From: an uncultured Myxococcales bacterium
Lineage (GTDB): Bacteria > Myxococcota_A > Bradymonadia > UBA4248
Reading direction: 5' to 3'
DNA: 63,928 bases
Assembly: GCA_945875805.1 (NCBI GenBank)
Contig: CAMCLY010000002.1
Span: forward strand, 1 to 63,928
Positions 46,213 to 55,874 of the stretch are shown piece after piece. Below the pieces are notes generated by a model. That model had not been told where the DNA came from. It did no database searches and saw only the letters and a program-made list of their open reading frames with translations. The translations under genes and the position numbers were made by a program. Numbering within the stretch: position 1 is the first letter of the stretch; every line of letters starts with the position of its first letter.

Positions 46213-48789
46213 TCAGTTTCCCTGTGGTGGCGGTGGATTGCCGCCGCCTCTTTGCCCGCGCCCGCCTCTCTGCCCGCGCCCGGCGCTGTTGCCGCCTCCG
46301 GCGTTTCGCGTGGGCATGGTGGCGGGACCCGTGGAGGTATTCCCCGAACTTCCCGCGCTGCCGCCCGAGGACGAATAGCCGTCGCTAAACCCGACCGGGA
46401 GATCGATGCCGTCGTCATCGGCGTTGATTTCGACGATGTTCTGCGCCTCGCGGATGGCGTTGAGCTCGGCTTCTTTGGCGTCGATGGATTGCCGGATTTC
46501 TTCGAGGAGCCCGTGTTTTTTGTCATAATCGACGCTTCGGACGTAGTTGAGGTCCTTGTGTCCAAAGAAGGCCACGAACTCGTCGTGTTCGGCCTGTTTA
46601 CGCTTGCTGATTTTGTCGAGGTCGGCGCTGCTCTCGATGATGTAGGGGGTCAGCATGAGCAGGAGATTTTGTTTCTGAATGGTCTTTTCGGTCGACCGGA
46701 AGAGGTAGCCCAGCACGGGAATATCGCCGAGCAACGGGACTTTGGAGACGGATTCGGATTCGGAATCGCGCACGAGTCCGCCCAGGACGACGGTCTGCTG
46801 ATCGGGCACGACGACGACGGTTTTGAGGTTACGCATCCGGGTGGAAGGGCCGCCCAGGTCGGAACCGCCGGGTTTGACCTCTTCGATTTCTTCCTGGATG
46901 TCGAGCCGGACGGTACCGCCTTCGTTGATTTGAGGCTTGATCGTGAGGGTGAGGGCGACGTCGACGCGTTCGATGGTCGTGCCGTATCCGGAGAGGAGAC
47001 TGTTGAGATTGTTGGTCGCCGCATCCGTCCCGTTGAGCGCTCCAAGAAGTGAAGAATAGTTGGACGACGTGCTCGACACATAGGGGATGCGCTCGCCAAC
47101 GCTGATTTCGGCTTCCTGATTGTCGAGAGTGAGGATCGTCGGGGTGGAGAGGACGTTGACGTCCGTGTTCGTCTGGAGTGCGTTGACGACCGCACCAATG
47201 CTCGGGATGCTGAGCCCGGCGATTTCGATGGAGGGGCCGGCCAGGGCCATGAGGAACCCGGGCGAGCTGCCGGAACCGAGAAACATGGCGGCCGGGGAAA
47301 GGCTTTGCAGGGAGTTGAGTTCGGTACGGCCGGCAAAATAGCCGTCGCCGGCCCCCGTATCAAAGACGTTTCCGCCGTGCATGGCTATCCCAAGGTCGCG
47401 CGTGCGCTCGAGACTGACCTCGAGAATGGCGGCTTCGACAAACACCTGACGTCGCGGGCGATCGAGTTCCTTGATCACGTTTTTAATCGCCAGAAAGTCC
47501 CGCGGACTCGCCACTACAATGAGGTCATTTGTCGATTCGCTCGCCACGACGCTGATGTCTTCACCCTGGAGCGTGCGTTGGGCGCTGTTGTTGGTGTTGT
47601 TGTTACGCGAGTTCCCGTTTTTGGTCGTCAGATCGGAGATGATCTGGTTGAGGGCGGTGTAGATTTCGGTGGCCTCGGAGTTCTGGAGGTGTACGACGTT
47701 GATCTTGCCGGAGTCGGGAATCTCGACGTCGAGCTTGAGGATGAGACGCTTGATCTTTTCGTAACTTCGCTCGTCGGCGACGATGATGAGTTTGTTGGTG
47801 CGCTCGTCGCCGACGATCTGGCTGACGCGGACTTCGGAGGTGGCTTCGGATTTGTTGGCGTTGTTGTTCCGGTTGTTTCGGTTCCCGCTGGAGGACGTCT
47901 GGAAAACCTGGCCCAACATTTTTTCGAGATCGGTGACCGAGGCGTATTGGACGGGATAGACCCATATTTTCTCGCTGTCGCTGTTGTCGTTGTCCATCTT
48001 TTTGATGAACGAGAGCATGCGCTTGACGGAATTTCCGGTGTCCGTGATGATGAGCGAGTTGGCCCCGGGGTATTCAATGATGTTGCCGTTGGCGGTTTTG
48101 AGCTGATCGAGGACGGTTTTGATCTGGGCGGTATCGACGTATTTCAGCTGGACGATATGCGTGACGAGGGCGTCGTTTCCTGGGACAGAGGTGTCGCCGT
48201 ACGTGGCGGGCAGGGGCTCTTTGGCCCCGTTGGCGAGTTCGACGATTTTGTAAAATTTTCCGCTCTGGACGACGGTGAGGCCGTTCATGTGAAGGGCGGA
48301 AAGGAAGGCCTGATACGCCTCGGACTGCGAGACGGGATTGGGGCTGATGATGGTGATTTTTTTACCGGCGCGCAGGGAATCGGCGACGATGAAATTGCGC
48401 CCGGTCTGCGCGCTCATGAGCTTGACGACGTCGCTGAGTTCGGCGTCGCGAAAATCCAGGGTGATACGGAGGTTTTCCGGGGCGGATTTGACTCCGAAGT
48501 CTTTTCCAAAATTCTGCTCAAAATCGAGGGATTCGCCAAAGATGACGCCGCCTTCGACCCCGGCACCGGGCGCGTTTTCCGCGGGCGTGTTGACGGGCGT
48601 GCCTTCGGTGCCGTCGTCTTGCGGCGTTTCCCTTTTGACGACGCCCGGTTGTGAACGACGCGCATCGGGTTGAACGACTTGTGGGGCGTCCTCTTCCTGG
48701 GCCTGGAGGGTGCCCGGCATCAGCCCCATCGAACCCATCGCCAGCGTCATGGTCGCAAGGATTGTCCATCTTTTCAACGTATTGTGCAT
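46213..48789 (-). CDS. gspD: Type II secretion system secretin GspD with a Gly/Arg-rich C-terminal tail
   Basis: Signal peptide MHNTLKRWTILATMTLAMGSMGLMPGTLQA, N0-N3 repeats and a secretin core (VPLLGDIPVLGYLFRS). The tail is GGNSAGRGQRGGRGQRGGGNPPPPQGN. Confidence 0.93.
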   Translation of the reverse strand: MHNTLKRWTILATMTLAMGSMGLMPGTLQAQEEDAPQVVQPDARRSQPGVVKRETPQDDGTEGTPVNTPAENAPGAGVEGGVIFGESLDFEQNFGKDFGVKSAPENLRITLDFRDAELSDVVKLMSAQTGRNFIVADSLRAGKKITIISPNPVSQSEAYQAFLSALHMNGLTVVQSGKFYKIVELANGAKEPLPATYGDTSVPGNDALVTHIVQLKYVDTAQIKTVLDQLKTANGNIIEYPGANSLIITDTGNSVKRMLSFIKKMDNDNSDSEKIWVYPVQYASVTDLEKMLGQVFQTSSSGNRNNRNNNANKSEATSEVRVSQIVGDERTNKLIIVADERSYEKIKRLILKLDVEIPDSGKINVVHLQNSEATEIYTALNQIISDLTTKNGNSRNNNTNNSAQRTLQGEDISVVASESTNDLIVVASPRDFLAIKNVIKELDRPRRQVFVEAAILEVSLERTRDLGIAMHGGNVFDTGAGDGYFAGRTELNSLQSLSPAAMFLGSGSSPGFLMALAGPSIEIAGLSIPSIGAVVNALQTNTDVNVLSTPTILTLDNQEAEISVGERIPYVSSTSSNYSSLLGALNGTDAATNNLNSLLSGYGTTIERVDVALTLTIKPQINEGGTVRLDIQEEIEEVKPGGSDLGGPSTRMRNLKTVVVVPDQQTVVLGGLVRDSESESVSKVPLLGDIPVLGYLFRSTEKTIQKQNLLLMLTPYIIESSADLDKISKRKQAEHDEFVAFFGHKDLNYVRSVDYDKKHGLLEEIRQSIDAKEAELNAIREAQNIVEINADDDGIDLPVGFSDGYSSSGGSAGSSGNTSTGPATMPTRNAGGGNSAGRGQRGGRGQRGGGNPPPPQGN

Positions 48790-48884
48790 CGTTCTTATAT
48801 CTCTTGGTGTGCCGCAGCCGCGCGCAAAATGCTCATACGATTTGCGTGGGTGTGTTTTCAATAAGTCGTGGTCCTGATTGATGA

Positions 48885-49913
48885 TTACTTAAACGAAAAG
48901 GTCAGCGTTTTTTCCTGTCCGGCGCGATTGATCTTCAGCCCCACGTTCTGATCGGGCTTGAGGGCGTCGAGCAACGCCATGGCCGTCTGCGGTCCGTCGA
49001 TCGTCTGTCCGTTGACATCAATGATGGTGTCGCCCGACTTGAGGCCGAGCTGGGCATAAACGGAATTGCTGTCCACGCCGAGGAGGCGGAAGCCGCCGAT
49101 GTTTCCGCCTTTATACACCGGCTGGACTTTCGGCATTTTTCCGAACTGGGCGTTATTTTTGAGGGAGTTGGGATTTTTTCGGATCGCGTCGACGACTTCC
49201 CGCGAGACCTCGTAGGAATCGGTGCCGATTTTTTTGACGAGTTCCGTGCCGCCGCCCGTTTTTTCTTTCCCTTTTTCGGCCGCCTTTTCGGCGGCTTTTT
49301 CGGCGACTTTCTGACTTTCGGCGGCTTTTTCTAAGGCTTTTTTGGCTTCGGCCAGTTCCTCTTCGGTGGTGCGCGTGTCGAGATATTCGAGCCGATCCCC
49401 CTGCGTGGTGCGCACCATATAAATCCGATTTCTCACGATCCTGACGATCCTTCCCTCGCCCAAGACCATGCCGCCCTCGCCGAGATACTGCATGCGCGCG
49501 TCGGCACCGTCGTCGAGGGGCATGATGAGGGCCAGGGAATACGCCGGATCGCTGGCCACCTGCGTCCCCTTGAGGCTGACGCGCAAATCGGTCAGGACGG
49601 GGCGGGAACCGTCGACGGCAATTTCCTCGACCAGCGCGTCGTCGTCAGAAGTGGGCTCGGGTTCCGGTTCGGCTTCATCCTGCACGCTCTTTTGATTGAA
49701 GAGATTCCGGTTGTAGACGAGGACATCATAGGCGTCGTCCGGCGATTTCTGGGCCTCATCGTCCTGGGATTTGACCGGTGGAACGTCATAGGGCGTCATG
49801 GCGACGACTTTCTGGGCAATGATGTTGCCTACGCCGCGTGCACCACACACGGCGGTCAAAAGCAACATGGCCACCACGCCCAAGGCTATCGCCAGTCGAA
49901 TGCGAGAATTCAT
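48885..49913 (-). CDS. gspC: GspC-like T2SS protein (N-terminal TM anchor, C-terminal PDZ)
   Basis: TM IRLAIALGVVAMLLLTAV and a PDZ-like GFRLLGVDSNSVYAQLGLKSGDTIIDVNGQTIDG. It sits immediately upstream of gspD. Confidence 0.7.
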   Translation of the reverse strand: MNSRIRLAIALGVVAMLLLTAVCGARGVGNIIAQKVVAMTPYDVPPVKSQDDEAQKSPDDAYDVLVYNRNLFNQKSVQDEAEPEPEPTSDDDALVEEIAVDGSRPVLTDLRVSLKGTQVASDPAYSLALIMPLDDGADARMQYLGEGGMVLGEGRIVRIVRNRIYMVRTTQGDRLEYLDTRTTEEELAEAKKALEKAAESQKVAEKAAEKAAEKGKEKTGGGTELVKKIGTDSYEVSREVVDAIRKNPNSLKNNAQFGKMPKVQPVYKGGNIGGFRLLGVDSNSVYAQLGLKSGDTIIDVNGQTIDGPQTAMALLDALKPDQNVGLKINRAGQEKTLTFSFK

Positions 49914-49916
49914 GCG

Positions 49917-50627
49917 TCACTCCGCTGCGCGCAATTCCACGGTGCGCCTGACGCCCCGGTGTTCGATGACCACCGTGCTCGCGCCGCGTTGACCTGCGAC
50001 CATGTTGACAAACATCAGTGCCATCGGTTCCATGTCGGGCATACCGCCGTTTATCGAAACGATGACATCTCCGGACTCCATCCCCATCTTTGAAAAAAGA
50101 GTGTTCTCCGGGATTTCGACGAGTCGGTATCCCGTCGTTTTTTCGTATTCGACGCGCGGCGAGACGCTCAGGGCAATCGATGCCTCCTGGATGTGCCGCG
50201 CCTGGGCCTGCATGGCGTCGCGTTTGACGATAAACCCGCCCTTGCCGTCCGGTCGAATCATATCGTCCGTAAACTCGATAAGCGGAGACTGCGGCAAATA
50301 GTTGTACTTGGAATCGGCATACACCATTGGCTCCCGGGTCACCAGCGCCCCATCAAGCGAGCCCTGCTCCCCAAGTTGTTGCGTGGGCACATTCCCCTCG
50401 CGCAATGCCTCCAAAAACAACGCATCGTCGGGTTTTGCAGCCGGCTTTTGGTGGGCCAGAATCTCGGTGGCCGGTGGAACAGGATCGCGCTCAGATGCGC
50501 CAGATTGCTCCGTTTGCGCCTCAATTTTCGTTGCCGGTTCGTCTTCTGGCACCACGGCCCACACGGCGAGTCCAAGACACGCCGCCGCCATCGCACAAAA
50601 AACGTAAAAACTCCGCCCCTTTTTCAT
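49917..50627 (-). CDS. Second membrane-anchored PDZ-domain protein at the head of the gsp cluster
   Basis: TM SFYVFCAMAAACLGLAVWAVV and a C-terminal PDZ-like FSKMGMESGDVIVSINGGMPD. Confidence 0.65.
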   Translation of the reverse strand: MKKGRSFYVFCAMAAACLGLAVWAVVPEDEPATKIEAQTEQSGASERDPVPPATEILAHQKPAAKPDDALFLEALREGNVPTQQLGEQGSLDGALVTREPMVYADSKYNYLPQSPLIEFTDDMIRPDGKGGFIVKRDAMQAQARHIQEASIALSVSPRVEYEKTTGYRLVEIPENTLFSKMGMESGDVIVSINGGMPDMEPMALMFVNMVAGQRGASTVVIEHRGVRRTVELRAAE

Positions 50628-50771
50628 CCCACTCCTGCATGATGCGCCAGATGCACAAAAAAGCGCCCTTTCCTAATGCCATTTAAGGGTTTTGGCAAGT
50701 TTGGGCACATCGATTCCTCGCCAAATTGCAACGCCAGGTCTGCCGGCCGACTCGGGCGTGTGGTTTGGTGG

Positions 50772-50848
50772 GCCGCGCTATCCGCCCCGTCGGGCGGATA
50801 CGCGCTGCCGCCGTCGCTATCCGCCCCGCAGGGCGGATACGCGCCGCC
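50772..50848. repeat. Two tandem hairpin modules of the repeat family
   Basis: gcgctatccgccc-cgtc-gggcggatacgcgc and gtcgctatccgccc-cgca-gggcggatacgcgcc. Confidence 0.8.
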
Positions 50849-50855
50849 TTTTTGT

Positions 50856-52022
50856 TTAGTGCCGGACAAACGCGGCCACCCCGCGCGCCAGTCGTCGGAG
50901 GCCTTCGTTCACAACGGAACCCGGGCACGCAAGATTCCAGCGCAAAAACGATTTTCCGGCGAATCCGTATTGGCCTCCCTCCGACACCATGAGCCCCGCT
51001 TCATCGAGAAGCGTCTGGGCCAGGCGCGAGGCGTCCGGGGTGATCCGTGACACGTCAATCCAGAGCAGATACGTCGCCTGCGAGTCCACCGCGCGCAACC
51101 CCGGAATATCCCGGGCGATCACATCGGCCGCGTGGCGCTTGTGGGTGTCGATCACTTCCCTCAGGGCGTCGAGCCATTTTTCGCCGTGATTGAACGCCGC
51201 TTCTGCCGCCGTCACCGCCAGCACGTTGGGCTCTGCCACTTCGTCCGTGTTGAGCGCGCGCCAGACCTTGTGCCGCAACACTTCGTCCGGCACATAGACG
51301 GCCGCCGTCTGTAGTCCCGCAAGGTTAAAGGCTTTGGTCGGCGCAATACACGTGATGCTGCACCGGCGGCAGTCCTCATTCACCGAGGCAAACGGAACAT
51401 AACTCACCCCCGGTGTCGTCAGATCACAGTGGATTTCGTCCGAGATGACCGTGACGTGATGTTTGGTGCACAGACGCCCAATGCGGGCCAGTTCGTCCCG
51501 GCTCCAAATCCTCCCGACCGGATTGTGTGGGTTGCATACGATCATCAGCGTCGTTTGCGGATCGGCCAGTTTGACCTCCAGATCGCCAAAATCCATGCTG
51601 TACCTTGTGCCATCATACACCAGCGGACACTCGCTCACGCGGCAGCCATTGTTCAGAATGGAGTTGAAGAAAATATTGTAAACTGGCGTCTGAATGAGGA
51701 CGTTTTCGTTGGGCGTCGTCAGTTTTCGCACGATACTCGATATCGCAGGGACGACACCGGTGCAAAAGATGAGACCGTCAGGATCCATCTCAAAATGATG
51801 ACGCTTCCGCCACCAGTCCGCATAAGCCCGGTGCCAGGACTCAGGTATCGTCGAATAACCATACACAGGATGGGCCATTCGTGCAGCCAGCGCCTCGCGT
51901 ATTTCAGGCGCAACCGGAAAATCCATGTCCGCCACCCACATGGGTAATACCCCTTCGGGCACGTCCCACTTCATCGAATGCGTGTGGCGTCGGTCAATGA
52001 CGGTTTCAAAATCATAGGCCAT
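50856..52022 (-). CDS. MalY/PatB-type PLP-dependent C-S lyase (class I/II aminotransferase fold)
   Basis: MAYDFETVIDRRHTHSMKWDV is the hallmark N-terminus of this family. CNPHNPVGR and IAPTKAFNLAG (PLP Lys) are also present. Confidence 0.88.
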   Translation of the reverse strand: MAYDFETVIDRRHTHSMKWDVPEGVLPMWVADMDFPVAPEIREALAARMAHPVYGYSTIPESWHRAYADWWRKRHHFEMDPDGLIFCTGVVPAISSIVRKLTTPNENVLIQTPVYNIFFNSILNNGCRVSECPLVYDGTRYSMDFGDLEVKLADPQTTLMIVCNPHNPVGRIWSRDELARIGRLCTKHHVTVISDEIHCDLTTPGVSYVPFASVNEDCRRCSITCIAPTKAFNLAGLQTAAVYVPDEVLRHKVWRALNTDEVAEPNVLAVTAAEAAFNHGEKWLDALREVIDTHKRHAADVIARDIPGLRAVDSQATYLLWIDVSRITPDASRLAQTLLDEAGLMVSEGGQYGFAGKSFLRWNLACPGSVVNEGLRRLARGVAAFVRH

Positions 52023-52090
52023 TTTTTTTCCCTTATTTTTTTGAGTTTTTATTTGTGTGTGGGGGGGGACCAGTCCCCCAAAAAGAAAAA

Positions 52091-52942
52091 CTAAGTCGCT
52101 GTGTTTCGGCAAATGATTTTGGTTTTGGACGGGTCGATTTTGTCGCGTTCCATGATGAGTTCGCCGATGGAATCGGCGCGGATGATGCCGGAAGCTGGAT
52201 TGAGAACGCTGTCGATGGGGCTTGAGATGTCGGCATCGACGCTGGAGTATTCAAAAGCAAGGGTCGTGTTGAGGAGTTTGCAATTCTTCATCGTCAAGCC
52301 GTCGATGTAGCACATGCCCTGCAGGCTTTCGATGGTGCAGTCGATGAGGGTGAGGTTTTTGGCATTCCAGCCGAGGTATTCGCCGGAGATGAAGGCGTGG
52401 GTGACGGTGATGTTTTCGCTGTTCCAGAAGGCGTCTTTAGAGAGGAGTCTGGCGTTGGAGATCTGGACATTTTTGCATCCGTCGAAAGAATAATCGCCGA
52501 CGAGTTCAAGACCGTCGATGACCATGTTTTCGCTTCCCATGGCGAAATAGGTTCCGCGGGCGCTGACGTGTCTCATTTCGACGTCGGAGCAGTTCCAGAG
52601 GGTTTCGGCGGCGTTTGAAAACGAGACGTGGTCGAGGAGGACATGGCGACAGCGACGGAAATTTTTGGGCGCCTCAATGAGGGTATCGTGCACGTCGATG
52701 TTTTGGGTGTACCAGATGCCGGCGCGCGCCATTTCAAACAGCGAGCAGTGTTCGAGGTGGATATTTTGGGCGTACCACAGGGGGTATTTCCACTTGAACA
52801 TGGAGTTGTAGAGGGCGATGTCATGGCTTTCTTTGAGGGGGGATTCGCCGTCCTCGAAGATCGAATCCCGGATTTCCCGGTGTTCGGCTTTGAATAAAGC
52901 GCGTTCCCCTTTAAAAATTTTAAACTGATCGACGTTTGTCAT
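52091..52942 (-). CDS. Right-handed beta-helix repeat protein (DUF3737-like)
   Basis: 283 aa with periodic ~22-residue repeats containing N/C/H ladders (NIHLEHCSLF, NIDVHDTLI, SDVEMRHVS, VQISNARLL, ITVTHAFIS, LTLIDCTIE, LTMKNCKLL). The family name is from memory. Confidence 0.6.
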   Translation of the reverse strand: MTNVDQFKIFKGERALFKAEHREIRDSIFEDGESPLKESHDIALYNSMFKWKYPLWYAQNIHLEHCSLFEMARAGIWYTQNIDVHDTLIEAPKNFRRCRHVLLDHVSFSNAAETLWNCSDVEMRHVSARGTYFAMGSENMVIDGLELVGDYSFDGCKNVQISNARLLSKDAFWNSENITVTHAFISGEYLGWNAKNLTLIDCTIESLQGMCYIDGLTMKNCKLLNTTLAFEYSSVDADISSPIDSVLNPASGIIRADSIGELIMERDKIDPSKTKIICRNTAT

Positions 52943-53208
52943 GGCGTTTTTTCCCTTTTGAGCGTGGTTGGACAACGTGGAAACACTGGGGTCTCCGTGT
53001 GATGTGAAGTAGCACTTCTCCATGACTGTCGTTAGGACAGGACTTCACATATCTTGCCCAATCCTGCATGGGCGTGTGAACATGTGAACGGTTTGTGCCG
53101 ACTGAGGTCGTGGAGGGAGACGTTAGCGTTGGGGGGAATCCGTCCCTGACGTTTGTCGCAACCGCGAATCGTCGCCAGAGTGAAGACGGCAATTTGCGAA
53201 GGATGGGA

Positions 53209-53748
53209 TTATCGAGCGAGATTGAGGCCCATGGCGTAGGCGTTCTCGAGTTCGGGGCGTCCCTGAATGTCGTTTTCGGCGGTGAGGCTGTGCGCGCGGA
53301 CGACGCCTTTGACATTCCAGTCGAGGTATTGGCAGAACGCGCGGACATGGGTCTCGGATGCGTCGGCGGTGGAGAGTGCGGTGTCGGCGTAGGAGAGCAG
53401 GAGATAGACGTGTTTGTGGCCGTGGATTTTTTCGTCAATGGCATAAAAGCGGTCAATGACGGCTTTGAGTTGCGCCGAGAGTCCATAATAATAGATTGGC
53501 GAGGCAAAGACGATGACGTCGGCATCGAGAATGTCTTGTCTCACGAGGGCGAAATCGTCTTTTTGACAGCATGAGCCGTCACCTTTTTTGCAGAAATTGC
53601 ACCCCAGGCAACCGCCGATATTGTGCAGGGCACAGTCAAAGCGTTTGACCTGGTGTCCGGCGGTAGTGGCGCCTTCGATGAATTTTTCGGCCAGGGCTGA
53701 AGAGTTGCTGTGACGTCGGTGACTTCCGGTCAGTACGAGAACGTGCAT
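53209..53748 (-). CDS. Flavodoxin-like FMN-dependent NAD(P)H oxidoreductase
   Basis: MHVLVLTGSHRRHSNSSALA and ADVIVFASPIYYYGLSAQLKAVIDR. AAGGAGGA RBS. Confidence 0.85.
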   Translation of the reverse strand: MHVLVLTGSHRRHSNSSALAEKFIEGATTAGHQVKRFDCALHNIGGCLGCNFCKKGDGSCCQKDDFALVRQDILDADVIVFASPIYYYGLSAQLKAVIDRFYAIDEKIHGHKHVYLLLSYADTALSTADASETHVRAFCQYLDWNVKGVVRAHSLTAENDIQGRPELENAYAMGLNLAR

Positions 53749-54398
53749 TTTTTCCTCCTTGCAGGGGTGTGGGCAGGCCATGAAAAGTCATGGCGATGAA
53801 GGTCGCTCAGCTTAGTCACGGCCTCTTAATGGACAAGTGCTCGTTTTTGGGGTGGAAGGCTGACTTCTGGTCAGTTTGGGGGGAGAGGTATTTGCCCATC
53901 TCATGATGGTGTTTGACTTGGTATTTCGGGGCGGTGGGATTTTTTTTGGAAAAAAATGTCACAAAATCGCCGACCACGCATCATTCGCGAGAAGCCTCAC
54001 GTGGGGTGGGGTGTGGATGATGGCGAGGGAGGAAGTCGATGAACCTCAGGATACTTTTGTAAACATGCGTACATAACCGCCGATGCGCGATCGCACTCGC
54101 ACGTCGTGTTCTGTTCATTGACGAATGACTGGCGCGACACATTGGTTGGGCACCGGACGAGTCCATTTTGGCCGCAAGGGGTAGCGCAATTCAGGCGTCA
54201 GTCCCCGCCGCCGAGGTGTGTTTCGTCTATGACACAAATGGTCAGGTGGCGGCGGGGGAGGGCCCAAAAATTTGGGTATAGGTTGGATCTGTATAGGGGG
54301 TATTCCCCGTGTCCCTTTTGTGTGGCGTTTAACCTGGTGTGTGCGTCGTTGAGAGTGTCGGGCTCAGTCATAGGTGGAGCCTGGATGTGGAAAAAAAA

Positions 54399-54470
54399 GC
54401 GGCGCGTATCGGCGGGATGCCGATAGCGCCGCGCGTCGGGCGTATCCGCCGTATGGCGGATAGCCCGCGC
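54399..54470. repeat. Two tandem hairpin modules of the repeat family
   Basis: gcgtatcggcgg-gatg-ccgatagcgcc and gcgtatccgcc-gtat-ggcggatagccc. Confidence 0.8.
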
Positions 54471-54483
54471 TCCGAGGGGAGAT

Positions 54484-55584
54484 TTAGTACTGGAACGTCG
54501 CCCCCAGGATGAATTTTGTGTAGTTTTTGGAGGGGCTGACGGTGTCGAACCATGGGAAACGGATGGTTTTGTTGTCGGCGGTTTTCCAGGGTTGAGTGCT
54601 GACCATGGAGAGGGAGATGGTGGCGTATTTGATGGGGGTGTAGGCGAGGGAGAGGATGCCCTGACTGTGTTGGGAATGGCCGCGACCGACTTTGGCGTGT
54701 TGGGCGACGAATTCGTCGTCGGAGGTGATGGTGCCGTTGTCGTAGGACCATGCGTCGGCGAATCCGAGGCCGATGTTGAGGACGAGCATGTCTTTGATGC
54801 AGTCGATGCCGAGGACGAAGGCGTTGCTGAGTTCGTGTTCGACGAGGACGCCGCCGATGGCGATGTTGTTTGAGTCGATGACTTCGTTTCCTGTGGAGCG
54901 CGAAAGGGCGTCGACTTCGCTGGGATCGACGGTGGCGCTGGTGTATTCGTGGGCGTTGTATCCGTATGTGATGGCGTAGGTGAGGCTGAGCCGGTGGAAT
55001 TTGATGGAGGCGGAGAGGGTGGGGGCGATGGTGGTGTAGAGGTTTGCGTTCCAGGAGGCTTTGGAGGTTGGGATGGTGAAGCTGAGGTCGGCGTCAAAGG
55101 AGACGGCGAAGGTTTTGTCGGAATTTTTGTAAGCCCAGATGTTTCGGGAGAGTCCGAGGGAGGTGTCGGCCCATCGGAATTCGTATTTTCCGTTGCTTCC
55201 GCCGGCTTTGCTCATCCACTGGCTGAAGCCGGTTTCGGCGTGAATGCTGACGTCGATGACGGGGATGGTGTAGAATGCGTTGATGGAGAAGAGGAATCGC
55301 GAACGAATTTTTCGGGCGTGTTCGTCTTTTGTGAATGCACCGAGACCGAGGTCGAAGCCGATGTCGGCACCGACGCCCCATGATTTGTCATCGTCGGTTT
55401 CGGCCTTTTCGATGGCGGCGATTTCGCCGGCCGCTTTGACGGAATTGACCTCATCGGGGGAGGTTTCGACGATGTCCGGGGCGGCGGGAAGGGCGTCGTT
55501 GGGCGCGACATCCTGTGCGTGCGCCTGTAAAGGCACAATCAGCATGCCCAGGAGCGCCAAAGTGGGGAGAAAACGGGCTTTCAT
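54484..55584 (-). CDS. Outer-membrane beta-barrel protein
   Basis: Signal peptide MKARFLPTLALLGMLIVPLQAHA, amphipathic strand pattern and a C-terminal ...ILGATFQY aromatic terminus. Confidence 0.72.
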   Translation of the reverse strand: MKARFLPTLALLGMLIVPLQAHAQDVAPNDALPAAPDIVETSPDEVNSVKAAGEIAAIEKAETDDDKSWGVGADIGFDLGLGAFTKDEHARKIRSRFLFSINAFYTIPVIDVSIHAETGFSQWMSKAGGSNGKYEFRWADTSLGLSRNIWAYKNSDKTFAVSFDADLSFTIPTSKASWNANLYTTIAPTLSASIKFHRLSLTYAITYGYNAHEYTSATVDPSEVDALSRSTGNEVIDSNNIAIGGVLVEHELSNAFVLGIDCIKDMLVLNIGLGFADAWSYDNGTITSDDEFVAQHAKVGRGHSQHSQGILSLAYTPIKYATISLSMVSTQPWKTADNKTIRFPWFDTVSPSKNYTKFILGATFQY

Positions 55585-55831
55585 GATAGTCATCCTTATG
55601 GAGTCCCCGCGACACCAGGCCGAGGAGTGTGTGGTCAATGTGTTTCCTACATTATCATCCAAAATAGCCCATGGCCGGGATTAATGTAGGTGTTTGTCGC
55701 TTTTATAAATAACACCGAAGTGTTGTCAAGGGGAATAGGCAATAATATACAAACAAGACACAAAAAAATGGGATTGGCGTGTATTTAATTCACGCGACCC
55801 CATGAGTTTTTATAAGATCTTCAAAGAATGG

Positions 55832-55860
55832 CGTCATCAGGCGCGATGGGCCTGATGACG
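55832..55860 (-). terminator. Hairpin downstream of the peptidase gene (possible terminator)
   Basis: 11-bp perfect stem cgtcatcaggc/gcctgatgacg. There is a T-run on the plus side and only a weak T-rich tail on the minus side. Confidence 0.45.
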
Positions 55861-55874
55861 TTTTATGAGCGACA

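Noticed and set aside
54106-54426. 106-aa ORF in the 53.8-54.4 kb gap
   Set aside because: The translation is Arg/Trp/Cys-rich with no motifs, no RBS, and runs into a repeat-family element. It is treated as non-coding pending expression data.
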